Assembly (NCBI GenBank): GCA_030372965.1
Contig: JAUCQC010000275.1
Span: 1-60,984 of the forward strand
Direction of reading: 5' to 3'
Length of the DNA stretch: 60,984 nucleotides
DNA from: a bacterium
GTDB taxonomy: Bacteria > Zhuqueibacterota > QNDG01 > DTFT01
The notes under the pieces are model-generated. The model saw only the letters and a list, made by a program, of their open reading frames with translations, was not told the DNA's origin and did not search any database. The stretch's first letter is position 1; each line of letters opens with the position of its first letter. The position numbers and the translations under genes are program-made. Positions 19,054-27,680 of the stretch are shown piece by piece.

Positions 19054-19289
19054 GGCGATACCCGGCTGGTTCGATGGCCATCGGGAACGCGCCGCCCGGA
19101 TGACCGGCTGAACGCGTTCCGAAGCCACAGTATACAGATATTTTTTCAAAAAAACCATACGGAAAAAACGTGGAACCGGAAAGGCCCTCCGGCTCTTTCG
19201 GGTCTGGAAACGTTGCGGCCTTTTGTTGAAATGCTTATATTGCAGGCCTGGATCAGTCCGCCCACCCCATTCATGACGGAGACGACACG

Positions 19290-19841
19290 ATGCCTTCGGA
19301 CCGGATATCCGGACGCCGGAAATCCCCGGTGCCGGCACTGACCGCTGCCGCGGGGATCGCCCTGTGCCTTTTTGGATCCGCGTTGGGCCGGGATTGCCCG
19401 CCCGCGACGGCCGGGAATGGAACCAGGGCCCTGATCCGGAAGACGCCGGACATGACCCGCCCGGCGGTTGCCCCCTTTTCCATTTCACTGATGCCCAGGG
19501 ACGCTACCGGCACCCGATCCGCCGAGCCCGGCGCTCCTGACCGGCCGGCCTGGAGGTGGGCGCGGGACTCGTTCTTCAAGCCCTCGGGCAGACTCCGCAA
19601 GGACAAGATCGAGCACTTCGCGGCCTCCGCCTGCCTGTATTCGATCCTGCGTGTTTACGAGGCGGAGGAAGGACCCTCGGCATCCGCCGTGTTTTCAACG
19701 GGCGTCCTCTGGGAGGGGAAGGACGCGGTTGTTCCGTGGGAGCGTTTCGGCTTCTGGGGCGGGGACGGGTTCAGCTGGCGGGACCTGGCAGCCGACGGCC
19801 TCGGCATCGCGGCCGCTGTCCTGGTGTGGCGAGGACCCTGA
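19290..19841 (+). CDS. YfiM/DUF2279-like hypothetical protein
   Basis: C-terminal 'DKIEHFAASA', 'GVLWEGKD', 'GFSWRDLAADGLG'. N-terminal extent uncertain. Confidence 0.55.
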   Translation: MPSDRISGRRKSPVPALTAAAGIALCLFGSALGRDCPPATAGNGTRALIRKTPDMTRPAVAPFSISLMPRDATGTRSAEPGAPDRPAWRWARDSFFKPSGRLRKDKIEHFAASACLYSILRVYEAEEGPSASAVFSTGVLWEGKDAVVPWERFGFWGGDGFSWRDLAADGLGIAAAVLVWRGP

Positions 19842-19863
19842 GTGTCGGCGGATGCGGCTCTCT

Positions 19864-20067
19864 TCAGCCCGCGTCGCGCGGGTTCAGCCGCAACGCCCGC
19901 GCCCGGTCCATGACCGTACTGCGCTCTTCAGGTGCGGATGCGGCCAGGCGCTTTGCCAGATTCTGCATGCGGCGGACGCATTCCGGGTCTTCCCCGTCAA
20001 AATAAATGTAATTACTGGAATAATCCTCGGATTCGAACTGTCCATCGTCCATAAACAGGTGGGCCAT
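19864..20067 (-). CDS. Small hypothetical protein (67 aa)
   Basis: ATG preceded by an AGGAGG RBS; acidic/aromatic N-half. No family recognised. Confidence 0.45.
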   Translation of the reverse strand: MAHLFMDDGQFESEDYSSNYIYFDGEDPECVRRMQNLAKRLAASAPEERSTVMDRARALRLNPRDAG

Positions 20068-20165
20068 GTGTCCTCCTGTGGTCTTGAACCAGCGGCGGCT
20101 TGGTGAACCACCGCTCTCAGGAGAACAATGTAACCGTCGTTTGTTAGGAAAAGATGAGGATTGTG

Positions 20166-21464
20166 TCAGTTTTTCCCATGCTCTCTTTTGGTCCGGCCCC
20201 CAGTCGTCTTCTTTTCTCCGAATATCTCAGGGTACAGTCTTTCGGCGCACTCCGGGCAGATGCCGTGGCTGAAATCCGCCTCTGAATGTTCGCTGATGTA
20301 CAATTCGATATGCTCCCAGTATCCCCTGTCGTTTCGGATTTTTTTGCATGAAGCGCAGATCGGCAGCAGGCCGCTGAGCGTTTTAACCTTCGACAGCGCC
20401 TGGTACAGGTCGTGGATGAGGGTTTCCCGCTCGGTTTCGGCCCGCTTCCGCTCGCTGATGTCATTGATGGTGGAAATCAGCACTTTCTGACCGTGCAGGA
20501 TCATCGGCTCTGTCGTGAACAGGGCCGTCAGGATTCCGCCCGTCGCGGTCTTGAATTGAAACTCCCTGTTGAGGACCATTCCCTTTTCGGACAGTTCCCG
20601 GAGGACTGATTCCCGATCGGATTCATTCACCCAGACCCCCAGGCCCAGCGTCGTTTTGCCGATCACTTCCGAAGAACGGTACCCGGACATCCTCTCAAAA
20701 CCTTCATTGACTTCGAAAATCAAGCCGTCTGAGAGGCGGGTCAGCATGATTCCGTAGGGGGCCGAATGAAAGGCCTTGGAAAATTTCTCCTCCTGCTTTT
20801 CGACGTCTTCCTGCAGGCGGGTCTGCACCATGAGCATCAGGGTGTACAGAAACAGAATGGAGATCAGCTGATAACCGAACAGGACAGCCGAGTTGAAAGT
20901 TCCGGAAGTGAACAGATCCTGCCCCGTCTCCCGGCTTACGAAGAACTGAATGATCCTGACCATGTGGATCAGGCAGAATAATCCGAACACCATCCCAACT
21001 CCGCGCGTCATGCCCCGCATCGGGGCATCGACCCGCCGCATGAGGAGCAGGACGCCTTGAAGCCCGATGATGAGCCAGACGATGGAGAGATTCAGATCGC
21101 GGGCCGCCAGATCGGGCCGGGCATAGGTGAACCAGACGTGCACGACCGAAAAAACGCCGATCAGCAGGACATTATGAGTCTGGCGGCTTCGCTTTCCGGT
21201 GAAAACCTCCAGCCCGATGTAAAGCAGAAGGGTTCCGCTCAGCGCCAGAACATTCGACAGCACCACGGAGGCCCAGTCCGGAATCCAGCCGCGCAAGACG
21301 ACCAGAAAAAGGGCCACCGCCTCCAGGAGGAAATTCATCACCCAGAAAAACAGGCCCGGATATCGTTTCCGGTTTCTCCGCCACTGCAGGGCGATGAGCC
21401 AGACACAGATGCTTTCAATGACCAGCGTCGTTAAAAGGATGGTGCGGATATCGGGGAAGTGCAA
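20166..21464 (-). CDS. Multi-TM sensor + PAS domain + C-terminal CxxC...HGICPEC module
   Basis: About seven TM helices; PAS 'EEKFSKAFHSAP...DISERKRAE'; tail 'LPICASCKKIR..YWEHIELYISEHSEADFSHGICPECAERLYP'. TTG start at 21464 after GGAGG. Confidence 0.75.
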   Translation of the reverse strand: MHFPDIRTILLTTLVIESICVWLIALQWRRNRKRYPGLFFWVMNFLLEAVALFLVVLRGWIPDWASVVLSNVLALSGTLLLYIGLEVFTGKRSRQTHNVLLIGVFSVVHVWFTYARPDLAARDLNLSIVWLIIGLQGVLLLMRRVDAPMRGMTRGVGMVFGLFCLIHMVRIIQFFVSRETGQDLFTSGTFNSAVLFGYQLISILFLYTLMLMVQTRLQEDVEKQEEKFSKAFHSAPYGIMLTRLSDGLIFEVNEGFERMSGYRSSEVIGKTTLGLGVWVNESDRESVLRELSEKGMVLNREFQFKTATGGILTALFTTEPMILHGQKVLISTINDISERKRAETERETLIHDLYQALSKVKTLSGLLPICASCKKIRNDRGYWEHIELYISEHSEADFSHGICPECAERLYPEIFGEKKTTGGRTKREHGKN

Positions 21465-21590
21465 GGGCCCTCCGCATAAAACAGCAGGTTTATTACAACT
21501 CTTTAAATTAGAAAACAGTTCCGTGATTGTCAAGCGGCAATTTGCAGACAGCGAACAAACACCCTTGATGTTTCAGGCCGTCCGCCGCGT

Positions 21591-21625
21591 AAAAAAGGCC
21601 ATCCGGGTTGCGCCTCGGATGGCCT
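21591..21625 (-). terminator. Intrinsic terminator downstream of pal
   Basis: Stem AGGCCATCCG/CGGATGGCCT followed by T6 on the minus strand. Confidence 0.7.
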
Positions 21626-21673
21626 GCCAAAAGGTGAAGAGGTGATGATGTTGAAGAAAAACCGCCCCGGTTG

Positions 21674-22183
21674 TCACGGGGTGACGATGAACACCGCCCG
21701 CCGGTTCAGAGCCCAGGCCTGCTCGTTGTGCCCCGGGTCCGCGGGACGCTCCTTGCCGTAACTGATGGTCGAGATGCGCCGCTCATCCACGCCGGCGTCG
21801 ACGAGATAACGCTTTACGGAAACAGCCCGACGCTCGCCGAGGGCCAGGTTGTATTCGATGGTGCCGCGTTCGTCGCAATGCCCCTCGATCCGCACGCGCA
21901 CGCCCGGGTTCTCCCTGAGCGTGCGGCTGTGCCCGGCCAGCACGCCGCGCGCCTGGGATGACAGCGCGTGCTGGTCGTAGTCGAAATACACGTTGTCCAG
22001 GACGATCGCGGCGGCGCTTCTTTCGGGCCTCGGTTCCACCTTCCGTTCCTGGCGCGGCTCCGCGGGCGTCTGAACCCTTTCCTCCGTGATGCTGCCCTCG
22101 CCCTCAGGATTTTTCTGAACCTGTTTGCTGCATCCGGCCAGCACGACCGACACGGCAAAAATAACCGGAATCCAGTTTTTCAT
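21674..22183 (-). CDS. pal: Peptidoglycan-associated lipoprotein Pal
   Basis: Lipobox VLAGC; 'VYFDYD', 'RIEGHCDERGTIEYNLALGERRA', 'ISYGKERP', 'LNRRA'. Confidence 0.93.
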   Translation of the reverse strand: MKNWIPVIFAVSVVLAGCSKQVQKNPEGEGSITEERVQTPAEPRQERKVEPRPERSAAAIVLDNVYFDYDQHALSSQARGVLAGHSRTLRENPGVRVRIEGHCDERGTIEYNLALGERRAVSVKRYLVDAGVDERRISTISYGKERPADPGHNEQAWALNRRAVFIVTP

Positions 22184-22214
22184 CTGACCACCCTCGCTGC
22201 TTCTGTCCGATTGT

Positions 22215-22727
22215 TCAATTGGAAACCAGCGAATCGATCACGGAAACCAGGGCGGAAAACCGATCTGTTCCCCGCTTCAATGTGCGGATATCCTTCTCCA
22301 GGTCTTCCGTATCCGTCAACAGAGGATCGATGCCCCGGATATTCCGACCGGTCATTTTTGACCGGACATCCAGCAGAATCAGCCGCACGCTTGTCATTTC
22401 GGCCTCAGCGCCGGCCGCATCCTTCAGGGCATGGCGTCTCGCCGCCTGGGCGATCCGGATTTTCGCGTTTTCCAACGGCAGATAGAAATGATGGAAAACA
22501 TAATACTCATCCCTCGCCTGACGCCAGTTTCTGGCCGCGGCCGCCGTGTTTCCGTTCCGCTCATGCCGCAATGCCCCGTCAAGCAGGGACTGGATGCGCA
22601 AGGATTTACCCATAACCGCATCGAGGGAGCAGTCATCCAGAATCGGATTCAACGGTTCAGGCTTTTGGCCGCAAGCGCAGTTGAGGCCCACGAGAACGGT
22701 CAGAATGAGAAGGGAAAACCGGTTCAT
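22215..22727 (-). CDS. Hypothetical alpha-helical lipoprotein
   Basis: MNRFSLLILTVLVGLNCACG signal/lipobox; predicted helical; ends 31 nt before pal. Confidence 0.65.
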   Translation of the reverse strand: MNRFSLLILTVLVGLNCACGQKPEPLNPILDDCSLDAVMGKSLRIQSLLDGALRHERNGNTAAAARNWRQARDEYYVFHHFYLPLENAKIRIAQAARRHALKDAAGAEAEMTSVRLILLDVRSKMTGRNIRGIDPLLTDTEDLEKDIRTLKRGTDRFSALVSVIDSLVSN

Positions 22728-22775
22728 ATCGCCTTTCCATGCTCCAGGAGCTGAATCCATTATAGGAAAAGCAGG

Positions 22776-22790
22776 ACAATTCCTGTGCCG
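22776..22790 (-). promoter_or_regulatory. Candidate sigma54 (-24/-12) promoter, variant -12
   Basis: Minus strand CGGCAC-AGGAA-TTGT (GG-N10-GT instead of GC), 48 nt upstream of ATG 22727. ATTGT-N11-ACAAT at 22886-22906 could be an activator site. Confidence 0.35.
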
Positions 22791-22913
22791 AAGTCCGGCA
22801 TTGCCCGTAAATATAGAATTAATATGTTTTTATCTTGAAAAGAGGCGAAGGGGAATCTCAGGAGAAACGTCTAAAACATTTACAAATTGTCCATTATGTA
22901 TACAATCAGATGG

Positions 22914-24326
22914 TCAATCCTCCATGCCGTATTTCCTGATTTTTTTTCGCAGGGTCATGCGGGAAATGCCCAGAATTTTAGCCGCCCGCACCTGGTTGCC
23001 TCTGGTTTCTTTTAAAACACGCGAGATCAGGCTTTTCTCCGTCCTGGACATGACCGCCTCGTAAAGGGTGATTCCGTCCGGTCGGGATCCTCCCTCCGCT
23101 GTTTCATCGGCCCCGTCCACGCCCCGATTCTCCTCATCGGGACGATCGGCCCGGTGCTCCATTTCCTCCAAAACGAGTTCCTTCGGAATGACGCTGGTCT
23201 TGCTGAGCAGGACCGCCCGTTTCAGGACATTCTCCAGTTCCCGGATGTTGCCGGGCCATGAATACTTGCGCATCTCCTCCAGAAGACCCGGAGCGGGCTT
23301 CATGGCTTCATTCCGGTATGCGTTACCGTATTTGTCCAGAAAATAGGCGGTCAGTTCCTCCAGGTCCTGAATCCGTTCGCGCAGGGGGGGCAGGTGGATG
23401 GACACCACCTTGATGCGGTAATACAGATCCTCCCTGAACCGGCCTTCCCGGATTCCCTTCTCCAGGTTCCGGTTCGTCGCCGCGATGAGGCGCACGTCGA
23501 CCTGAACCGTTTTCTCACTCCCCAGCGGCTCGAATCGTCCCTCCTGGAGCACACGGAGTATCTTGGCCTGTGTGGAGAGGGACATGTCGCCGATTTCGTC
23601 CAGGAAGAGCGTGCCCCGGTCGGCTTGTTCGAATTTGCCGATTCTGCGGCGAACCGCCCCGGTGAACGCGCCCTTTTCATAACCGAACAGTTCGCTCTCG
23701 AGAAGGGTCTCCGGAATGGCCGCGCAGTTCACGGCGAGAAAAGGCTTGTCCATTCTCCCGCTGTGCTGGTAAACGGCCCTGGCGATCAGTTCCTTTCCGG
23801 TTCCGCTCTCCCCCCTTAACAGGACACTGACATTGCTGTCCGCCACCTTCCCGATGATCTTGTAAACGTTCTGCATGGGCGCGGACCGGCCGATGATGCG
23901 GTCCGCGCCGGCCTCCGCCGCCGACTCCTGCGCCCTGAACGTCACTTTTCTACGCATGAAATAGTTGTTCTTCAGGCCGCTGCGGATGAGACTCTCCATG
24001 GCCGGCATGTCGAAGGGCTTGAGCACATAGTCGTAGGCGCCGTATTTGGTGGCCTGTATGGCCGTGTCCGTCGTGCCGAAGGCTGTCATGACGATGACCG
24101 TCGCCTTGGGGTCCTTCTCCCGGATATCCCGGAGCACATCGAGACCGGACCGGTCGGGCAGTTTGACATCCAGGAAGATGAGGTCGAAAATACGTCCGTC
24201 GCACCGGCTCAGCGCTTCCTCTCCGCTGGCCGCCTCGACCACATCGAAGGGCTGGTCCTGCAGAAAACGCATGAAGGAATACCGGACACTTTCCTCGTCG
24301 TCGACAATGAGTATCTGGCTTTTCAT
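22914..24326 (-). CDS. sigma54-dependent response regulator (NtrC/AtoC family: REC-AAA+-HTH)
   Basis: 'ILIVDDE', 'FLDVKLPD', 'GESGTGKE', 'GAFTGA', 'LFLDEIGD', 'WPGNIRELEN', 'GNQVRAAKILGISR.TLRKK'. Start MKSQIL. Confidence 0.95.
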   Translation of the reverse strand: MKSQILIVDDEESVRYSFMRFLQDQPFDVVEAASGEEALSRCDGRIFDLIFLDVKLPDRSGLDVLRDIREKDPKATVIVMTAFGTTDTAIQATKYGAYDYVLKPFDMPAMESLIRSGLKNNYFMRRKVTFRAQESAAEAGADRIIGRSAPMQNVYKIIGKVADSNVSVLLRGESGTGKELIARAVYQHSGRMDKPFLAVNCAAIPETLLESELFGYEKGAFTGAVRRRIGKFEQADRGTLFLDEIGDMSLSTQAKILRVLQEGRFEPLGSEKTVQVDVRLIAATNRNLEKGIREGRFREDLYYRIKVVSIHLPPLRERIQDLEELTAYFLDKYGNAYRNEAMKPAPGLLEEMRKYSWPGNIRELENVLKRAVLLSKTSVIPKELVLEEMEHRADRPDEENRGVDGADETAEGGSRPDGITLYEAVMSRTEKSLISRVLKETRGNQVRAAKILGISRMTLRKKIRKYGMED

Positions 24327-25810
24327 CCGAAGGGCCTTTCCGCGTACGGCAGTTGGACAACGAATCGGGCGCCGCGGGGCCGGATGTTTTCGACACGCAC
24401 GATTCCCCCGTGATTCTTGACAATCTGCTGGCTGATCGCCAGGCCGAGACCGGTGCCGTTTTCTTTGGTTGTGTTGAAGGGCTCGAAAACGGACGGCAGG
24501 AGCGCCTCCGGGATACCGGGACCGCTGTCCGAAATCCGGATTTCGGCCTGACTGTCCGGCCCTCCGGTCACGGCGGTTTCGATCCACAGCCGGCCGCCGC
24601 CGGCCATCGCCTGTACGGCGTTGAGAACAAGATTGACCACGACTTGCTTCAGCTGGCCCGGATCCGCGCGGACGACCGGATCCGGCGCGGCCCATGCGGT
24701 TTTCAGCCGGACGCGGGCGGCCTCAATCTGCGGCCGCATCAGGTGCAGGGCCTGATCGAGCGTCTCTTTGAGACGGACCTCCTTGAATTCCGGCTCCGGC
24801 GGACGCGCAAAATCGAGAAAATTCTGCAGGAAGGACTCCATGCGCGTGATCTGCCGGAGCATCACCTCGTAATCGCGGCTGGTCTGGGAATGCCCCCCCG
24901 CCTTGTCCCGAAGCGAATAGATCAGCATCTTGATGGATGTCAGCGGGTTGCGTAACTCGTGCGCGAGTCCCGCGGCCACAGATCCGAGCATGGCCAGTTT
25001 CTCCGAGTGGATGAGCAGGCGCCGGCTCTGGATCAAATCGCGGTTCGTCCGGTGGATCCGGTCGATCAGCACGCGGATGTGCTTGTCCAGTTTGTCGAAC
25101 TCCGACTCATCCGGTATTTCCATCTCCTCGAGCACATTCTCGCCCGTCGCGCCCTTGACGTTCACGATCAGCCGGTACAGGGGCTGAGTGATGCTCCTCG
25201 CGATCAGAATCCCGAAGACGAGTCCCAGCAGGACGCTCCCGGCCGCGAAAACGATCATGACGGCCTTGATGATGCGGTTCTCTCGCACCAGCTGTTCGCT
25301 GGTCCGGTGCATGATCTTTTCATTGATGAAGAGGTAATTCTCGCATTTCTCGTAGATCGCGCTGAACGTGTCGCGCATGGGTCCGTTCAGAATCAGGCGC
25401 GCGGCCTCGGCATCGCCCTCCTGATGGAGCCTTCGCATGGTCCGGTACAGGCTCTGATAGCGGCCGAACAGCGCTTCCGTATCGGACAGGAGCTGTCTCT
25501 CCTCCTCGGTGCGGGCCTGCGCCCACGCCACGCCGAACCACCTGCGGAATATCCTGTCCTTTTCCCTGAAGATGTTCAGCCACTGCGACTGCCCGTCCAG
25601 CAGATAATTCGCCGCGATCCCCTTCATGTCGAGAAGCGCGATTTCAAGCTCTTCCGCGGCCTTCAGGCTTGAAACATTCTCCTTGAGCATATCCCGGGTC
25701 TTGGCCAGCATGCGGTCTGTATACAAGATGGCCACAGCGCTGAACAGGATGAACAGCACGCTCATGCTGACAAAACCGGCGATCATCCTGGGCCTGATGT
25801 TCCACTTCAC
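24323..25810 (-). CDS. Membrane sensor histidine kinase with four-helix-bundle periplasmic domain
   Basis: Two TMs around a helical domain; 'AHELRNPLTSI', 'NLVLNAVQAM', 'DSGPGI', 'FNTTKENGTGLGL'. GTG start; overlaps the regulator start. Confidence 0.92.
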   Translation of the reverse strand: MKWNIRPRMIAGFVSMSVLFILFSAVAILYTDRMLAKTRDMLKENVSSLKAAEELEIALLDMKGIAANYLLDGQSQWLNIFREKDRIFRRWFGVAWAQARTEEERQLLSDTEALFGRYQSLYRTMRRLHQEGDAEAARLILNGPMRDTFSAIYEKCENYLFINEKIMHRTSEQLVRENRIIKAVMIVFAAGSVLLGLVFGILIARSITQPLYRLIVNVKGATGENVLEEMEIPDESEFDKLDKHIRVLIDRIHRTNRDLIQSRRLLIHSEKLAMLGSVAAGLAHELRNPLTSIKMLIYSLRDKAGGHSQTSRDYEVMLRQITRMESFLQNFLDFARPPEPEFKEVRLKETLDQALHLMRPQIEAARVRLKTAWAAPDPVVRADPGQLKQVVVNLVLNAVQAMAGGGRLWIETAVTGGPDSQAEIRISDSGPGIPEALLPSVFEPFNTTKENGTGLGLAISQQIVKNHGGIVRVENIRPRGARFVVQLPYAERPFG

Positions 25811-25914
25811 GGGATATCCCTTTGAATATTCATGAAATTATCGTATTTTTATTCCAGCCGGAAGATAACCACTTATACGGAAAAATTCAACCGTTTCCGG
25901 CGGGTTTGGAAGAG

Positions 25915-25929
25915 TGGCATTTCATTTGC
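25915..25929 (+). promoter_or_regulatory. Candidate sigma54 (-24/-12) promoter of tolQRAB
   Basis: TGGCAT-TTCAT-TTGC: GG-N10-GC spacing exact, 52 nt upstream of ATG 25982. Confidence 0.55.
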
Positions 25930-25981
25930 CCTTTTCTGTCGCAAGTCCCATTCCTATCAATCGTCCGGAGGTTCCTCTTTC

Positions 25982-26659
25982 ATGGGAAATATCGTAGGCC
26001 TCATCCTGAATACGGGCTGGGTTGCGAGATCGGTTCTGATCCTGCTGGGCGTTCTGTCCATCGTCTCCTGGGCGGTCATTCTGGAGAAGCTCATCCTGTT
26101 CAGAAGAATCCGCGGCCAGTCGAAAGCGTTCGACGCGTTGGTCCGAAAGAACCCAGGAAACGCGGACCTGTACAGGCTGAGCAGGGATTATCCGCATTGC
26201 GCCCCGGCGGTTTTCTACATGCGGGCGTACCGGGAATATCACGCGTTCAGGCAGAAACGGCAGGCGGCCGGCCTGGATCGGGCCGCGGTCTCCGTGGCCG
26301 CTCCGGACCTCGCGCTCCTGGTACGGTCCACGCTCTCCGAGACGCTGGAACAGCCTTCCAGAAACCTGACGCTTCTCTCCACCATCGTGGGCATCAGCCC
26401 CTTTCTCGGCCTGTTCGGCACGGTCTGGGGCGTGATGGAATCGTTCATCCAGATCGGCCTCCAGGGAACCGCGGATCTCTCGGCCGTCGGCCCGGGCATC
26501 GCCGAGGCCCTCATCACCACGGCCGCGGGACTGGCTGTGGCCATACCGGCGCTCGCGGCCCACAACTGGGCGGCCGCGGAACTCAGAAAAATCGAGGACC
26601 GGCTCGACCTTTTCTCGGACGAATCACGAAAACGGTTCGACGGGGAAAGCGCGGCATGA
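25982..26659 (+). CDS. tolQ: TolQ/ExbB proton channel protein
   Basis: 'VSWAVILEK', 'ISPFLGLFGTVWGVM.SF', 'VGPGIAEALITTAAGLAVAIPA'. Start placed at MGNIVG. Confidence 0.88.
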   Translation: MGNIVGLILNTGWVARSVLILLGVLSIVSWAVILEKLILFRRIRGQSKAFDALVRKNPGNADLYRLSRDYPHCAPAVFYMRAYREYHAFRQKRQAAGLDRAAVSVAAPDLALLVRSTLSETLEQPSRNLTLLSTIVGISPFLGLFGTVWGVMESFIQIGLQGTADLSAVGPGIAEALITTAAGLAVAIPALAAHNWAAAELRKIEDRLDLFSDESRKRFDGESAA

Positions 26660-27057
26660 GACGGGAGCGTTTTGCGCCGATCGCCGACATCAATGTCACC
26701 AATCTGGTCGACGTGGCGCTGGTTCTGCTGATTGTCTTCATCATCGCGGCGCCCGCGTTTAAGGGCGGCATTCCAGTCCGCCTGCCGAGGGCCTCGGCTC
26801 CGCCCGTTCCGGCCGCAAACCCGGTCATCGTGGCCCTCGACGCGGAAGGGAACCTGTTCGTGGACGGAAGCCCGGTGCCGCCGGACGATCTGAGACCCGC
26901 TCTCGTACGGAGCCGCCTCGAGTCTCCGGGCCGGCCGGTTCTGCTCGAAGCGGACAAGGAACTGCCGTACGGCCGGGTCATCGAGGTGATGGACCGCATC
27001 CGCCAGGCCGGCATCGCGGACGTGGGACTCGTGGTTTCGCCCGGACCCGCGCCATGA
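26656..27057 (+). CDS. tolR: TolR/ExbD biopolymer transport protein
   Basis: MRRERFAPIADINVTNLVDVALVLLIVFII (conserved TM Asp), 'ADKELPYGRVIEVMD.IRQAGI'. ATGA overlap with tolQ. Confidence 0.88.
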   Translation: MRRERFAPIADINVTNLVDVALVLLIVFIIAAPAFKGGIPVRLPRASAPPVPAANPVIVALDAEGNLFVDGSPVPPDDLRPALVRSRLESPGRPVLLEADKELPYGRVIEVMDRIRQAGIADVGLVVSPGPAP

Positions 27058-27680
27058 AACGGTGGCTGACGGTTTCCTTCGGCCTGCACGCCTTTCTGTT
27101 CGGATTGCTCTTCGTCGGCCGCCGGGCGCCCGCACTTCCGGAACCCGGCCTGATCCTGCGCGTTTCACTTCATGCGGCTCCCGCTCCGGCGCGGGAAACG
27201 GGACCGGAACTGGAGGCGGTGCCTGCCGCTGCCCTCGTCGTAAAACCGGACGAAGCGGAACCCGAGAATGGTCGGCCTGTGGAGAAACCGTCGGAACCGC
27301 CCGCTGATCGCGAAGAGCGCAAACCGGCCCCGCGCGAGGAGCATGTGCCGGGGACGGCCACCGGCCCGGCTGTCCGCGTGGAGGGAGGGGCGTTTCCCTA
27401 TTCCTATTATCTGAACCTCATCCAGCTCAGGATACAGGAAAACTGGTCCCCGCCCTACAGGCGGACCGGGGGCAGGGAGTCGCGGACGGCCCAGGTCGGG
27501 TTCATCATCCACCGGGACGGCCGCGTATCGGACGTGGAACTGGAGGCCGGAACGGAGTTCTATCTGTTCGATCAGGCCGCGCTCAGGGCGGTCATGAACG
27601 CGGGACGGTTTCCGCCCCCGCCCGGCGGCATGACGCAGGATTACCTGAAAATACACGTCACATTCGAGGCGCTTCCGTGA
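27054..27680 (+). CDS. tolA: TolA/TonB-type energy transducer
   Basis: TM with SxxLH motif, Pro/Glu-rich linker, C-terminal 'YLNLIQLRIQENWSPP...FDQAALRAV..FPPPP'. Located between tolR and tolB. Confidence 0.72.
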   Translation: MKRWLTVSFGLHAFLFGLLFVGRRAPALPEPGLILRVSLHAAPAPARETGPELEAVPAAALVVKPDEAEPENGRPVEKPSEPPADREERKPAPREEHVPGTATGPAVRVEGGAFPYSYYLNLIQLRIQENWSPPYRRTGGRESRTAQVGFIIHRDGRVSDVELEAGTEFYLFDQAALRAVMNAGRFPPPPGGMTQDYLKIHVTFEALP

